Of a DNA stretch of 64,000 bases, positions 19,861-29,430 are shown piece after piece (position 1 is the stretch's first letter; every line of letters starts with the position of its first letter). Made by a program: the position numbers and the translations under genes. The stretch covers positions 3,827,502-3,891,501 of the forward strand of contig OZ246001.1 of assembly GCA_965230295.1 (NCBI GenBank), read 5' to 3'. The stretch is from Marinicella sp. (GTDB lineage Bacteria; Pseudomonadota; Gammaproteobacteria; Xanthomonadales; Marinicellaceae). A model generated the notes under the pieces. It worked only from the letters and a program-made list of their open reading frames with translations. It did no database searches and was not told where the DNA came from.

Positions 19861-20073
19861 TATTGGTTGGGTTCGGCTAATATTATTTCTTAGTGATTTA
19901 ATCCTGCTGAACTGCCCAATTAAATTTCTACCACATTCCATATTATTTTTTTATTTAAATAATGTGCATCTATGTTTAGTGCTATCTGGTTATCTATGTA
20001 CAATATATTGAGAAAATTTTTTTTAAAGGGAAAAGAGTGCTAGACAAGCTACTCATAAAAATGAGTATTTATT

Positions 20074-20324
20074 TTGAATAAAAAATATCGTTTAACATTG
20101 ATGGTCATATCACTAATTACGATAATAACAATAGGACGTTTATCCACAGGATCATTTGACTTTTGGAGCACTCAATTCTGGTTTGTTTCTGGGGCTTTAT
20201 TACTTATATTACTAGCATTAATTGATCAACCACATTTTTCAAAAGACGCGAACATATTTGTTAACGGTTCGACTGCTCTTATTTCATTATTCGTCGTCCA
20301 ATCCAATGATAGAGATAATTTTTG
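20074..20324 (+). pseudogene. 3'-truncated membrane protein
   Basis: Hydrophobic N-terminus; the sequence switches to FG-GAP coding sequence at about 20325, so the rest of ORF 20074-20463 is off-frame readthrough. Confidence 0.65.
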
Positions 20325-21761
20325 GCCGGGGATTTTAATGGTGATGGCATCGACGACCTCATCATTGGCGCTTGCAGAGCTACCCCTGATGCTGTTAATA
20401 ATGCTGGGCGCAGCTATGTTGTTTTTGGCACACAATCTGGTTTATTTAACCCTTTGGCATTAAGCGATTTGGATGGTTCAAATGGGTTTGTCATAGATGG
20501 TCATATTCCTAATGGTTCATCAGGCAGATCGGTGGCATCCGCTGGAGATGTGAATAACGATGGCATTGATGACATTCTGATTGGTGCACCAGAAGCAACA
20601 AATCAAGTTACACAAGCAGGCATTGTTTATTTGATTTATGGCTCAGATGAAGGTTTCTCTGCACAGCTGAACTTGAACGACCTGAATGGTATCAATGGGG
20701 CGGTCATAAACGGAAACTACATTCAAAGCCGTTTTGGCCATTCAGTGAATGCCGCCGGTGATGTCAATAACGACGGCATTGATGACATCATAATCGGTGC
20801 ACCTGATGTTGATAGCAATGACGTTGTTAGATCTGGTGCTGCGTATATCATTTTTGGTCATGAGCAGGGGTTGATTCATCCTTTGGGTGTATCTGACCTG
20901 AATGGAATCAATGGTTTTGAAATTCGCGGAATAACACAAGAAAATTCAAGAATTGGATATTCAGTGGCTGAGGCTGGCGATGTCAATGCAGATGGCATCT
21001 CAGACATCATCATCGGTAGTGCCTATTTAGTAGGCCATATCGGCGATTTTAATGCCGGTCAGAGTTATGTTGTCTTTGGCAGTGATCAGCGGTTCCCAAA
21101 TCCGTTACAGTTATCTGAGTTAAGTGGAAGTAATGGGATCCAGATTTTAGGTGAACATGCAGATGATCAATCGGGATTTGCGGTGAGTGCTGCGGGAGAT
21201 ATCAACCATGATGGCATTGATGATTTTGCCATCGGTGCTGTCGGTACGGATCATAATGGGTTAGAAAATTCAGGATCTGTGTATGTGATTTATGGGGGTC
21301 ATTCAGAGCTTCCTCACCCTTTTAACCTGAGTTCAATCAATGGCGTTAATGGCTTTCGATTGGATGGAACTGATGCGAGAGCCAATTTTGGGAATGCAAT
21401 CAGTAAAGCACAAGACATTAACCTGGATGGCATGGATGACATCATTATTGGGGCTTTTACTGCACCTGTTCCCTCAGTGACTGATGCGGGCAAAGCATAT
21501 GTCATCTATGGCAGTGATCAACCCATAGGCCACCCCTTCAATCTTTCTGCTTTAAATGGGCTTAATGGATTTGCTGTTTTAGGGTCGGATAATGACAATC
21601 TGGGGAGCAGCGTGAGCGGAATGGGAGATTTCAATAACGACGGAATTAGCGATCTGATTATTGGTGCTTTTAATGCGGCTGTTGAAGATCAAAGCCGTGC
21701 AGGAAAAAGTTATCTGATATTCGGTACCGAGCAGGCCCTTTTTGCCAATGGTTTTGACTGA
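20325..21761 (+). pseudogene. 5'-truncated FG-GAP repeat protein
   Basis: Begins mid-repeat (AGDFNGDG) right after in-frame stops; no signal peptide or RBS; ends ALFANGFD. Confidence 0.8.
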
Positions 21762-21784
21762 CCCTATTAATCTATTTGCGAGCA

Positions 21785-21860
21785 TTGTGCCCGTATTGAA
21801 AGGATTACTGTGTTTCTCTCCCTCCTCTTCACAGTTAATTGACTCGATACGGGCACATTT
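21785..21860 (+). repeat. Conserved 3' hairpin element (copy 3)
   Basis: Perfect 11-bp inverted repeat TGTGCCCGTAT/ATACGGGCACA; inner stem ACTGTG/CACAGT; loop contains CCCTCCTC. Confidence 0.8.
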
Positions 21861-22185
21861 TTATGATGTCTAATCACAGTGCCAAGACACATGTTATAAA
21901 CGATTAAAATATTAAATACCGATGAGCCACAACGAGATAAACGGTTGCTTCCATGCTCCAACATCATCAAAGTCGAAAACTTGCAAATAAAGACTGAGTT
22001 AATTGAGCTGCCCTGACATTACAATTAACTGGTTTGAATCATCCAAGCTCCAAAACAAGCAGTCAAAAGGCGTCCCCCAGTGAGGTCTTTTTGTATTTGC
22101 ATTCAATCAGGTAACAAGTATGTAACAAAATTAATACCCATTGCATCAAGCTTGATAACCGTTTTCCTTGCTTCTGCCTAAACTC

Positions 22186-22216
22186 AAGCCCATCCATCAA
22201 AGTGATGGGCTTTTTT
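22186..22216 (+). terminator. Intrinsic-terminator-like hairpin directly upstream of an RBS
   Basis: AAGCCCATC-loop-GATGGGCTT followed by a T run; AGGAGGAG follows 6 nt later. Confidence 0.6.
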
Positions 22217-22234
22217 ACAAACAGGAGGAGACAA

Positions 22235-23842
22235 ATGAAACCTCAAAAACAACTTTACTGGGCGTTGCTTACGTCTGTATTTTTTAACAACACATCACAC
22301 GCTGGCTTTGATGCCGAATTGAGCTTGAGCGAAATTGAGGGCCTGAACGGCATCGTTGTTCAAGGAGAAAACCCCCATGATATTGCTGGGTTTTCGGTCA
22401 GTCATGCGGGTGACCTCAATGGCGATGAAATTGATGATTTCGTTATTGGTGCTTATGGCGTAGATGAAGGGATTGCCCAGAATGCGGGTCGCAGCTATGT
22501 GGTGTTTGGTTCTGCCTCAGGTTTACCCAGCCCATTGAATCTCTCTACTTTGGATGGCAATAATGGTTTTACCATTCACAGTTCAGCCACCAATGGGGGC
22601 TTTGGTCATTCAGTCAGTCATGCTGGTGATGTGAATCACGATGGATTGGATGATTTAATCATAGGCGCACCTTACTCCAATGTGACCACAATATTCCAAA
22701 CTGGGGCGGCGTACGTGATTTTTGGCCAAGACGAAGGCTTTGACAATGTCATAAATGTTGAAGATTTGAATGGCGATAACGGCTTTGCTATTTTTGGTAA
22801 TCAACAACAGAGTACTTTAGGTTTTTCAGTTTCATCGGCAGGTGACATCAATGATGATGGCATTGATGATGTCATTATCAGTGCACCAAAGACCGATAAC
22901 AATGGTGTCAATGATTCAGGTGCCGCATATGTGATTTTTGGAGATGACTCTGGATTTCCTCACTCTCTTTCCATCTCTGCTTTAAACGGTCTGAACGGAT
23001 TTGAAATTCGTGGTTTTCCATTTCAGTTTAATGGCCCTGAATTAAAAGTAAGTTCGGCAGGAGATGTCAATCACGATAACATCAATGACGTTGTTATTGG
23101 AGGCCCCAGAGTTGGGATAGATGGGCAGGAAGAAGCTGGTGTCGCTGTGGTGGTCTATGGACAATCAACACGCTTTCCTAATCCTGTGCAGATGTCAGAG
23201 ATAGATGGTGATAATGGCGTGCATATTTATGGCATTGCTGCATTTGATCAAACCGGTTACAGCGTCAGTGAAGCCGGTGATGTCAATGCCGATGGCATAG
23301 ATGACCTGATCATTGGGGCCAGAAGAACTGATTTTAATGTCACCAATACTGGATCGGCATACGTGGTTTATGGTCAATCATCAGGGCTTGCGCATCCTCT
23401 GGATTTAAACGACATCAATGGACTCAACGGCTTTCGCATAGATGGAAACTTATTAGGTGCTGAATTAGGCACTTCTGTCCATTCAGCCGGTGATATCAAT
23501 CATGATGGTATAAACGATCTGGTTGTGGGCGCACCAGACGATTTAGTACCAGATACAAATGCAGCAGGTAAAAGTTATGTGATATATGGCTCTGATCAGG
23601 GCATTGGACATCCCATTAATGTGGCGGCTTTGGATGGCAACAATGGCTTTGCCATCGCAGGTTCGGATGACAATGGGAAATCAGGGCAGGCTGTCAGCCA
23701 GGCTGGTGATGTGAACAACGATGGCATCAGCGACTTCATCATAAGTGCCCATTTAGCTGGTGCCAATGGCATAAATGCAGCAGGAAAAACTTATGTGGTT
23801 TATGGCCGTGAAAAGCCTTTGTTTAAAGGTGGTTTTGAATGA
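22235..23842 (+). CDS. Secreted FG-GAP repeat protein (7 repeats)
   Basis: AGGAGGAG RBS, ATG at 22235, signal peptide, FG-GAP repeats; ends PLFKGGFE. Confidence 0.92.
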   Translation: MKPQKQLYWALLTSVFFNNTSHAGFDAELSLSEIEGLNGIVVQGENPHDIAGFSVSHAGDLNGDEIDDFVIGAYGVDEGIAQNAGRSYVVFGSASGLPSPLNLSTLDGNNGFTIHSSATNGGFGHSVSHAGDVNHDGLDDLIIGAPYSNVTTIFQTGAAYVIFGQDEGFDNVINVEDLNGDNGFAIFGNQQQSTLGFSVSSAGDINDDGIDDVIISAPKTDNNGVNDSGAAYVIFGDDSGFPHSLSISALNGLNGFEIRGFPFQFNGPELKVSSAGDVNHDNINDVVIGGPRVGIDGQEEAGVAVVVYGQSTRFPNPVQMSEIDGDNGVHIYGIAAFDQTGYSVSEAGDVNADGIDDLIIGARRTDFNVTNTGSAYVVYGQSSGLAHPLDLNDINGLNGFRIDGNLLGAELGTSVHSAGDINHDGINDLVVGAPDDLVPDTNAAGKSYVIYGSDQGIGHPINVAALDGNNGFAIAGSDDNGKSGQAVSQAGDVNNDGISDFIISAHLAGANGINAAGKTYVVYGREKPLFKGGFE

Positions 23843-23860
23843 TGGTCAAACTTTGAGTCC

Positions 23861-23929
23861 AGTGTTTGTTTTGAACGACTTGCTTTTTCCCACCTCATTT
23901 AGCAAGTTCAGTAGGAATAGGCACATTTT
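23861..23929 (+). repeat. Conserved 3' hairpin element (copy 4)
   Basis: GTGTTTGTTTTGAACGACTTGCT...CCCACCTC...AGCAAGTTCA...GGCACATTTT. Confidence 0.6.
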
Positions 23930-23971
23930 TTAAATCTTTTCTTTTAAAATCAATGCAGATTCAGGGATAAC

Positions 23972-24328
23972 ATGATGAATTCAAAAAATATTAACTATGC
24001 GTTCAGCTTGATGTTGCTGCTGTTGGCTTTCAAGTCACTGGCTGAATCAACCACCATCGAAATTCCTGCCGAATTTCACCCAAACAATGAAGCGCTCATC
24101 TCTGTGGTCAATGTGAATGTGCCCTTAAACGCTACGACAGCCCAGCCTGTCCCTGCTTGTATTATTGTTCATGGCTCTGGCGGGTTGTTTTCTGAAGGTG
24201 AAGTTGGCGAAGCATGTGATACTTCTCCCCATAATATGAGTGGCAATTTCGCTGATTTAATGGCTGTTTTCGAAGAATTAGGCGTGGCAACGATTGCCCC
24301 ATCCAAAGAAAAAAATAGGCTGAATTAA
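23972..24328 (+). pseudogene. 3'-truncated secreted alpha/beta-hydrolase (dienelactone-hydrolase-like)
   Basis: Signal peptide and PACIIVHGSGG motif; runs into AT-rich sequence at about 24305 before any nucleophile motif. Confidence 0.55.
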
Positions 24329-24537
24329 TTTTAGATATCTCTTATGGATAGAAATGCATTTTGATTTACTCTCAATTATTAAATCAGGATTAAATCAGGA
24401 TTTAATAATTTAAATTCTTCATTTGAATGGAATAATACAGCCATAAATAAGTATTTTGGGTTTGAGTAAAAAAGAAATAAGCTGTATAGTTAAACTTGAG
24501 ATCAAGTCTTAACGACAACAATAAACTGAATAATCAA

Positions 24538-25038
24538 ATGAACATGTTAAAAATAATTGTGACAATTACAACTCTTGTTTTATCATCAATAAGTAAGGGA
24601 GATTCCAAAGAAAGTTGTGAAGATTTATATTCAAAAAGTCTTGAAACAGACTTATACCTAACTTACGAATTATTTGATCAAACTCCAGCAAATGGATTTC
24701 GAAAACTTGCGGGTCAATGTCCAGGCGAAGCTGTTAAATTAATAAAAAACTATATTATCATTAACGAAGCAAAAGAAAGCTCCTTGAGATGGCATATTGC
24801 TCAACTGGAAGGAATGATGGGCAATTATCAGGAGGCTATTATCTTTGCAAATACTGTTCTTACTGAACAAAATACTGGACAGTTTAAATGGAATGATTTT
24901 GTTGAGGGTAAAATTGCATATTGGAAACAAGATTTCGAAACCTTAAAAGATAAGATTAAGATTCTTGAAAGTAATTTGGATCATCGGGGGAACAAGATGA
25001 ATGTTGAAATTCTGAAAGGGCATCTTGCTGAAGAGTAA
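24538..25038 (+). CDS. Hypothetical exported helical protein
   Basis: Signal-like N-terminus; no recognised family. Confidence 0.6.
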   Translation: MNMLKIIVTITTLVLSSISKGDSKESCEDLYSKSLETDLYLTYELFDQTPANGFRKLAGQCPGEAVKLIKNYIIINEAKESSLRWHIAQLEGMMGNYQEAIIFANTVLTEQNTGQFKWNDFVEGKIAYWKQDFETLKDKIKILESNLDHRGNKMNVEILKGHLAEE

Positions 25039-25113
25039 ATCAATCTAAATATATAGATTTCGTAATGAAAGTAATCTTTGCATCAATAAAATTCAATATA
25101 ACTGATTGAGTCT

Positions 25114-27645
25114 ATGCACAAAGCTTTCAATGCTCTTTTAGTGCTTTTGTCTCTGTACTTATTATCTGGTGAAACAAAGTCACAGATTCTTGCTGAGTAT
25201 TTAAATAACTTTTCGAAAAACATAATACTTCAGTGTGATTCTGAAAAAAACAAGAATATAGTTCAGGAAAATTCTAACGTTGTTGGTGAATATGTCTTTC
25301 AAGAGTTTAGTTCACCATCACCATATCTTGGCAAAGAAAGCATGGATGTCTCTCATGAACTTGTTTGGACTGAGACAATTCACTCATCTGATGCCTCATA
25401 CATTTCACCTTACTTTAGTCAATACGATATTAAGCCAGAAGACTTCTTTGTTTTAAGATCACCAGATCACACAAGATCTTGGACATATGATTTTGAAGAG
25501 TTAGCTAGTTTTAATGGCAAGGGTTTTTGGGGCATACCAATTCATGGTGATACTGCAATCGTTGAATTATATGCAGGTACAAAACAAGGTTCTGGCGGTA
25601 TAACTATTGGTAAGTTTGCAAAAGGCTTTCCTAAAGATATAGAAAAAACCCAATTCAGATCAATTTGTGGCACAGATGACAGTGAAGAAGCCGTATGTTA
25701 TCAATCAACAGAGCCAACTGTCTATGAAAAATCTCTTGCCGTTGTAAGGCTCAATATTGGTGGTGTCATAGCATGTACAGGTTGGCTCGTAGGCAATGAA
25801 GGACATGTCATTACAAATGAACATTGTATAAGCGTTCAAGCAGCTGCAGAAGTTACTTCAATTGAGTTTTTAGCTGAGGGAGCTGAGTGTTCAGATGACT
25901 GTACATATCCATTTGGCTGTCCAGGAATCATTGAAGCAGCTTCATCACAAGTAGTAAAAATGAATGCTGATTTAGATTATGTTTTGCTCAAACCCAATAA
26001 CCCAATTAACGACCTTCCCTCGACCTATGGCTATTTACAAATGAGGGAAACCGGTGCAGAAATAAATGAACAAATATATATTCCACAACACCCTCGAGCT
26101 TGGGGCAAAAGGATTGCTTATTTTTCAACTGATACAGCTTCAGGCTTAGGAGAAGTTCACAGTTTGAACATGCCACCATGCTCCTTGGTAGGAAGCGATG
26201 TTGGATATCTATTAGATACACAAGGTGGTTCTTCAGGGTCTCCGGTGATTTCATACGACGACCATAAAGTAGTCGCTCTTCATCATTGTGGAATATGCCC
26301 AAATCGAGGGGTTCCTATAGAAAGTATCATTGATGACTTGGGAGACGATTTACCCAATTCTGCTCTATGCGACTCACCAGAACCACCATTAAATCTAGCG
26401 GCTCAACAAAAGAATGACAATGAAATTCAGCTGACTTGGAGTCATGGTGTTGGTGCAGATTCTTACGACATATACAGATCAGTTGGTATGTGTACACATC
26501 AATCTTTGGATTATCAACTTATTGCTTCAAAAGTGGTTGGAACCTCATTTATTGATACAACTGTCTCAGGAAATACCACATATTCTTATAAATTGAAATC
26601 ACACAATCAAACTGTTCAATGTGATTCTTTATTCACTGAATGCTCATATGCAACAGCAACAGGGTTATGTACCATGGCCCCAACTTTTGATGGTTTGGAA
26701 ACGATATCCTCATCACAATCACCAATTTGTAAAACCTCTTTACAGTGGTCACAAGCGGATCAAAATTGTGGAACTAACATCAGTTACAACATTTACAGGG
26801 ATACTGTTGATGATTTCCAACCATCAGTGCAAAATTTAATTTCTGCTTGTGTGGATGGTTTATCATTTAATGACTTTGACCTTCAAAGTGATGCTACATA
26901 TTATTATTCAGTACAAGCAGAAGACAACAGTGGTAATGGATCAGGGTTGTGTGGTTTTGGTAATGAAAACACGAGCCTCACCCAATCAGGTATTAGACCA
27001 ATGGGCCCTAATTCGGTTGTATTTTTTGATGAAGTTCCATCAAGCCAACCCAACGATGCATGGATCGCTGTTAATGGTTCAGGGGATGATGGATCTACCC
27101 ATAATTGGTCAATCACTGATTCCCGCTCATTTTCTCCACCTTATTCTTGGTTCATTCAAGAATATTCAGGTAACAAAGAAAAGTTGTTAATTTACAATAA
27201 TTCGCTAAGTGTAAACAATGAGTTTTATATGCTTGAGTTTAACCAGTTTATGGGGCTTGAAAGACTTAAAAGTGGAGCTGTTTTAGAATACTCAACAGAC
27301 AATGGGGCTACTTGGTATGACATACTTAGAGGGAATGGAGTAACTGTGCCCGACAATTCAAGTCGTATTGAACAAACAGGTTATAATGAAAATCCTTTAA
27401 TTGGTGATGGTGTATTAGCTGGTAGATTAGCATGGACTGGTAACACTTACGACGGCTGGCAAAATGTAAAAGTCTCCTTAGCTGATTTTGATGGAACTGA
27501 CATCAAACTCAGATGGCGATATGGTTCTGATTCGAGTGGCAATAACTATGGGTGGTATGTAGATGATGTCAAAATTTACTCTACATCTTCATGTATAAAC
27601 ATAGCAGATGACTTAATTTTCATTAACGGATTTGGAGAAGTTTAA
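25114..27645 (+). CDS. Secreted trypsin-like serine protease with FN3-like domains
   Basis: Catalytic triad motifs TNEHC, DYVLL and GGSSGSP; PLNL...LTW...SYDIYR FN3 repeats; ends DLIFINGFGEV. Confidence 0.88.
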   Translation: MHKAFNALLVLLSLYLLSGETKSQILAEYLNNFSKNIILQCDSEKNKNIVQENSNVVGEYVFQEFSSPSPYLGKESMDVSHELVWTETIHSSDASYISPYFSQYDIKPEDFFVLRSPDHTRSWTYDFEELASFNGKGFWGIPIHGDTAIVELYAGTKQGSGGITIGKFAKGFPKDIEKTQFRSICGTDDSEEAVCYQSTEPTVYEKSLAVVRLNIGGVIACTGWLVGNEGHVITNEHCISVQAAAEVTSIEFLAEGAECSDDCTYPFGCPGIIEAASSQVVKMNADLDYVLLKPNNPINDLPSTYGYLQMRETGAEINEQIYIPQHPRAWGKRIAYFSTDTASGLGEVHSLNMPPCSLVGSDVGYLLDTQGGSSGSPVISYDDHKVVALHHCGICPNRGVPIESIIDDLGDDLPNSALCDSPEPPLNLAAQQKNDNEIQLTWSHGVGADSYDIYRSVGMCTHQSLDYQLIASKVVGTSFIDTTVSGNTTYSYKLKSHNQTVQCDSLFTECSYATATGLCTMAPTFDGLETISSSQSPICKTSLQWSQADQNCGTNISYNIYRDTVDDFQPSVQNLISACVDGLSFNDFDLQSDATYYYSVQAEDNSGNGSGLCGFGNENTSLTQSGIRPMGPNSVVFFDEVPSSQPNDAWIAVNGSGDDGSTHNWSITDSRSFSPPYSWFIQEYSGNKEKLLIYNNSLSVNNEFYMLEFNQFMGLERLKSGAVLEYSTDNGATWYDILRGNGVTVPDNSSRIEQTGYNENPLIGDGVLAGRLAWTGNTYDGWQNVKVSLADFDGTDIKLRWRYGSDSSGNNYGWYVDDVKIYSTSSCINIADDLIFINGFGEV

Positions 27646-27815
27646 TAAAAGTTGGCGGTTTACGTAGCTATGTGGTCACTGGGCCCTTATGGAGGTTTGA
27701 TACCCAAATTAGCCCGAATTTAGTCAATCACCCAAGAGTTGACTCAGAAAAACAAATTATCTCAATAGCTTACGTGGGTTTCATGTCCATTTTTGGTTAA
27801 ATCTGGCACATCACC

Positions 27816-28412
27816 CTAAATTTGAATTCGAGGTTCCCAACGATGTGATTTATAGTGTCTGTAGCTTTCAAGAAGAGTAAAGTTGTTATTTTCTTTACTT
27901 AATAAGTTTAATGCTTTTAGATATTCATTTTGATTTGAGAAATTGAAGCCAAAGTTTTGAGGTGATTATAATCTTTTGACGACTTCTAAATATGTTAATA
28001 CTTCTTGTTTATTATTTGGATTGAATGAATGAAAATTTGACCATACAAGTAAGCTGATTTTTTCTCTCATTAAATAAAGATTCAAAATACAAGCATCAGC
28101 ATAAAAACTTACTGGTCCATATGTTTGTGAATGTGCTTGACCATCAGTAGTAACTTCTTTATATGCCAACGAGTGTGACTTCATTTTTGTGAAGCCATAA
28201 ACAAGTTGATCTGCCAAATGTTTAATGTCATTTGCCCAATGGAATGTATTGAACTTCCAATGACTGTTTTGATTTTTATAAAATTTAGTTCTTAAAATAT
28301 TAAATTCAATATCTAGCTGATTAATTTCTACATGCTTACACACATCATCAGTAAGAGAGTGATAAATGTTATCCGCATTGTCAAACACGTCTTTATTCGT
28401 TAAGTTTGTCAT
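27816..28412 (-). pseudogene. HEPN-domain (R-x4-H) protein interrupted by a premature stop
   Basis: ORF 27966-28412 continues in frame past TAA to ...ESYRHYKSHRWEPRIQI*; RHYKSH at 27860-27843. Confidence 0.6.
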
Positions 28413-28528
28413 GAAACTACCAAGTTCATAGAAACTATAGATTTTACAATTAAATTATGCTCATGTATTAAAGTTAAAAAAAATCAAATTTGCGTACATT
28501 TCATAATTTAATTTAACTGGTGTTTTAG

Positions 28529-28601
28529 TTTAGTGGGTTAGTTGTAACTTTAGTGGGTTAGTTGTGAAAAGTTTAGTGGTTTAGTTGTGCCTCCAAAAAC
28601 A
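28529..28601 (-). mobile_element. Tn7-like transposon end facing into the island
   Basis: Minus strand TGTTTT-TGGAGGC-ACAACTAAACCACTAAA-N6-ACAACTAACCCACTAAA-N3-ACAACTAACCCACTAAA: three 17-bp repeats at 20-23 bp period; terminal TG at 28595 or TGT at 28601. Confidence 0.75.
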
Positions 28602-28631
28602 TGGAATAGGTTTGTTAAATGATTAATTAAA

Positions 28632-28659
28632 TATACGCATAATATATATTATGTTAAAT
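28632..28659 (+). other. dif: dif site (XerC/XerD chromosome dimer resolution)
   Basis: TATACGCATAA-TATATA-TTATGTTAAAT versus E. coli GGTGCGCATAA-TGTATA-TTATGTTAAAT; XerD arm identical; genes on both sides mostly point toward it. Confidence 0.92.
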
Positions 28660-28835
28660 AATACATTAATATGTAAATACTAGAGTTGAGAAAATAATAT
28701 TATATATATTTATTTATCAATAATTTAACTATACTTTATAAAGTATATACTCATATACTCATTCATATATTGGTAAATAGAAAATCGGGAGTCTACGATA
28801 ATGGTGATTGATCTGTGTAATTCGTAGAATTTTAA

Positions 28836-29273
28836 TTATTTAAGCCTCACCACCAAAGTGTCACAAGGCGCACCATGAATGATGCTGGACGCTGTGGATC
28901 CGAGTAACAAGCCAATACCATGCCTGCCATGGGAACCAGAAATAATCAAATCGCTGTCATTTTCGGCGGCATATTTTCTGATTTCTTTGGCGGGACTGCC
29001 AATAACTATGTGAACATGATCTTCTGAAACGCCATATTTTTCAGCGATGGCCATCATGGCGGCCTCAGCTTCTTCTTTGTCTTTACTGTGGATACCTGGA
29101 AGATCAGGTGAAGGCGGTGCCAATGAAGCACTGGGGAAAATCATCAAAACGTCCATCACATGGATCAAGTGAAATTCAGTATCGGCCTGTTTAAGTGTCA
29201 TGGCTTGATCCATGATTTGGCTGCAATCGATGAACGGGTCCAAAGCCACTGTGATTTTATTATAGTTTGACAT
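28836..29273 (-). CDS. Universal stress protein (UspA family)
   Basis: ITVALD...DLIISGSHGRHG..LLLGSTASSII; start placed at MSNY. Confidence 0.9.
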   Translation of the reverse strand: MSNYNKITVALDPFIDCSQIMDQAMTLKQADTEFHLIHVMDVLMIFPSASLAPPSPDLPGIHSKDKEEAEAAMMAIAEKYGVSEDHVHIVIGSPAKEIRKYAAENDSDLIISGSHGRHGIGLLLGSTASSIIHGAPCDTLVVRLK

Positions 29274-29326
29274 GATAAATACCATCAAATTAATGAATAA
29301 AATATCACAACACAAGCTCACCGTTA

Positions 29327-29340
29327 TTGATAAAAGTCAA
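29327..29340. promoter_or_regulatory. FNR/CRP-family box upstream of usp
   Basis: TTGAT-AAAA-GTCAA versus consensus TTGAT-N4-ATCAA. Confidence 0.55.
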
Positions 29341-29430
29341 GAAGGGCACCAGAATGACCGCCCTATTTCACAACCTTTGTCAGATTGTATATCAGTAACA
29401 AATCACTTAATATGAAATTTTTGACCATCA

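Noticed and set aside
12740-20070. CRISPR-associated transposon (CAST)
   Set aside because: No cas6/7/8/12k-like ORF or array near tniQ or anywhere in the window.
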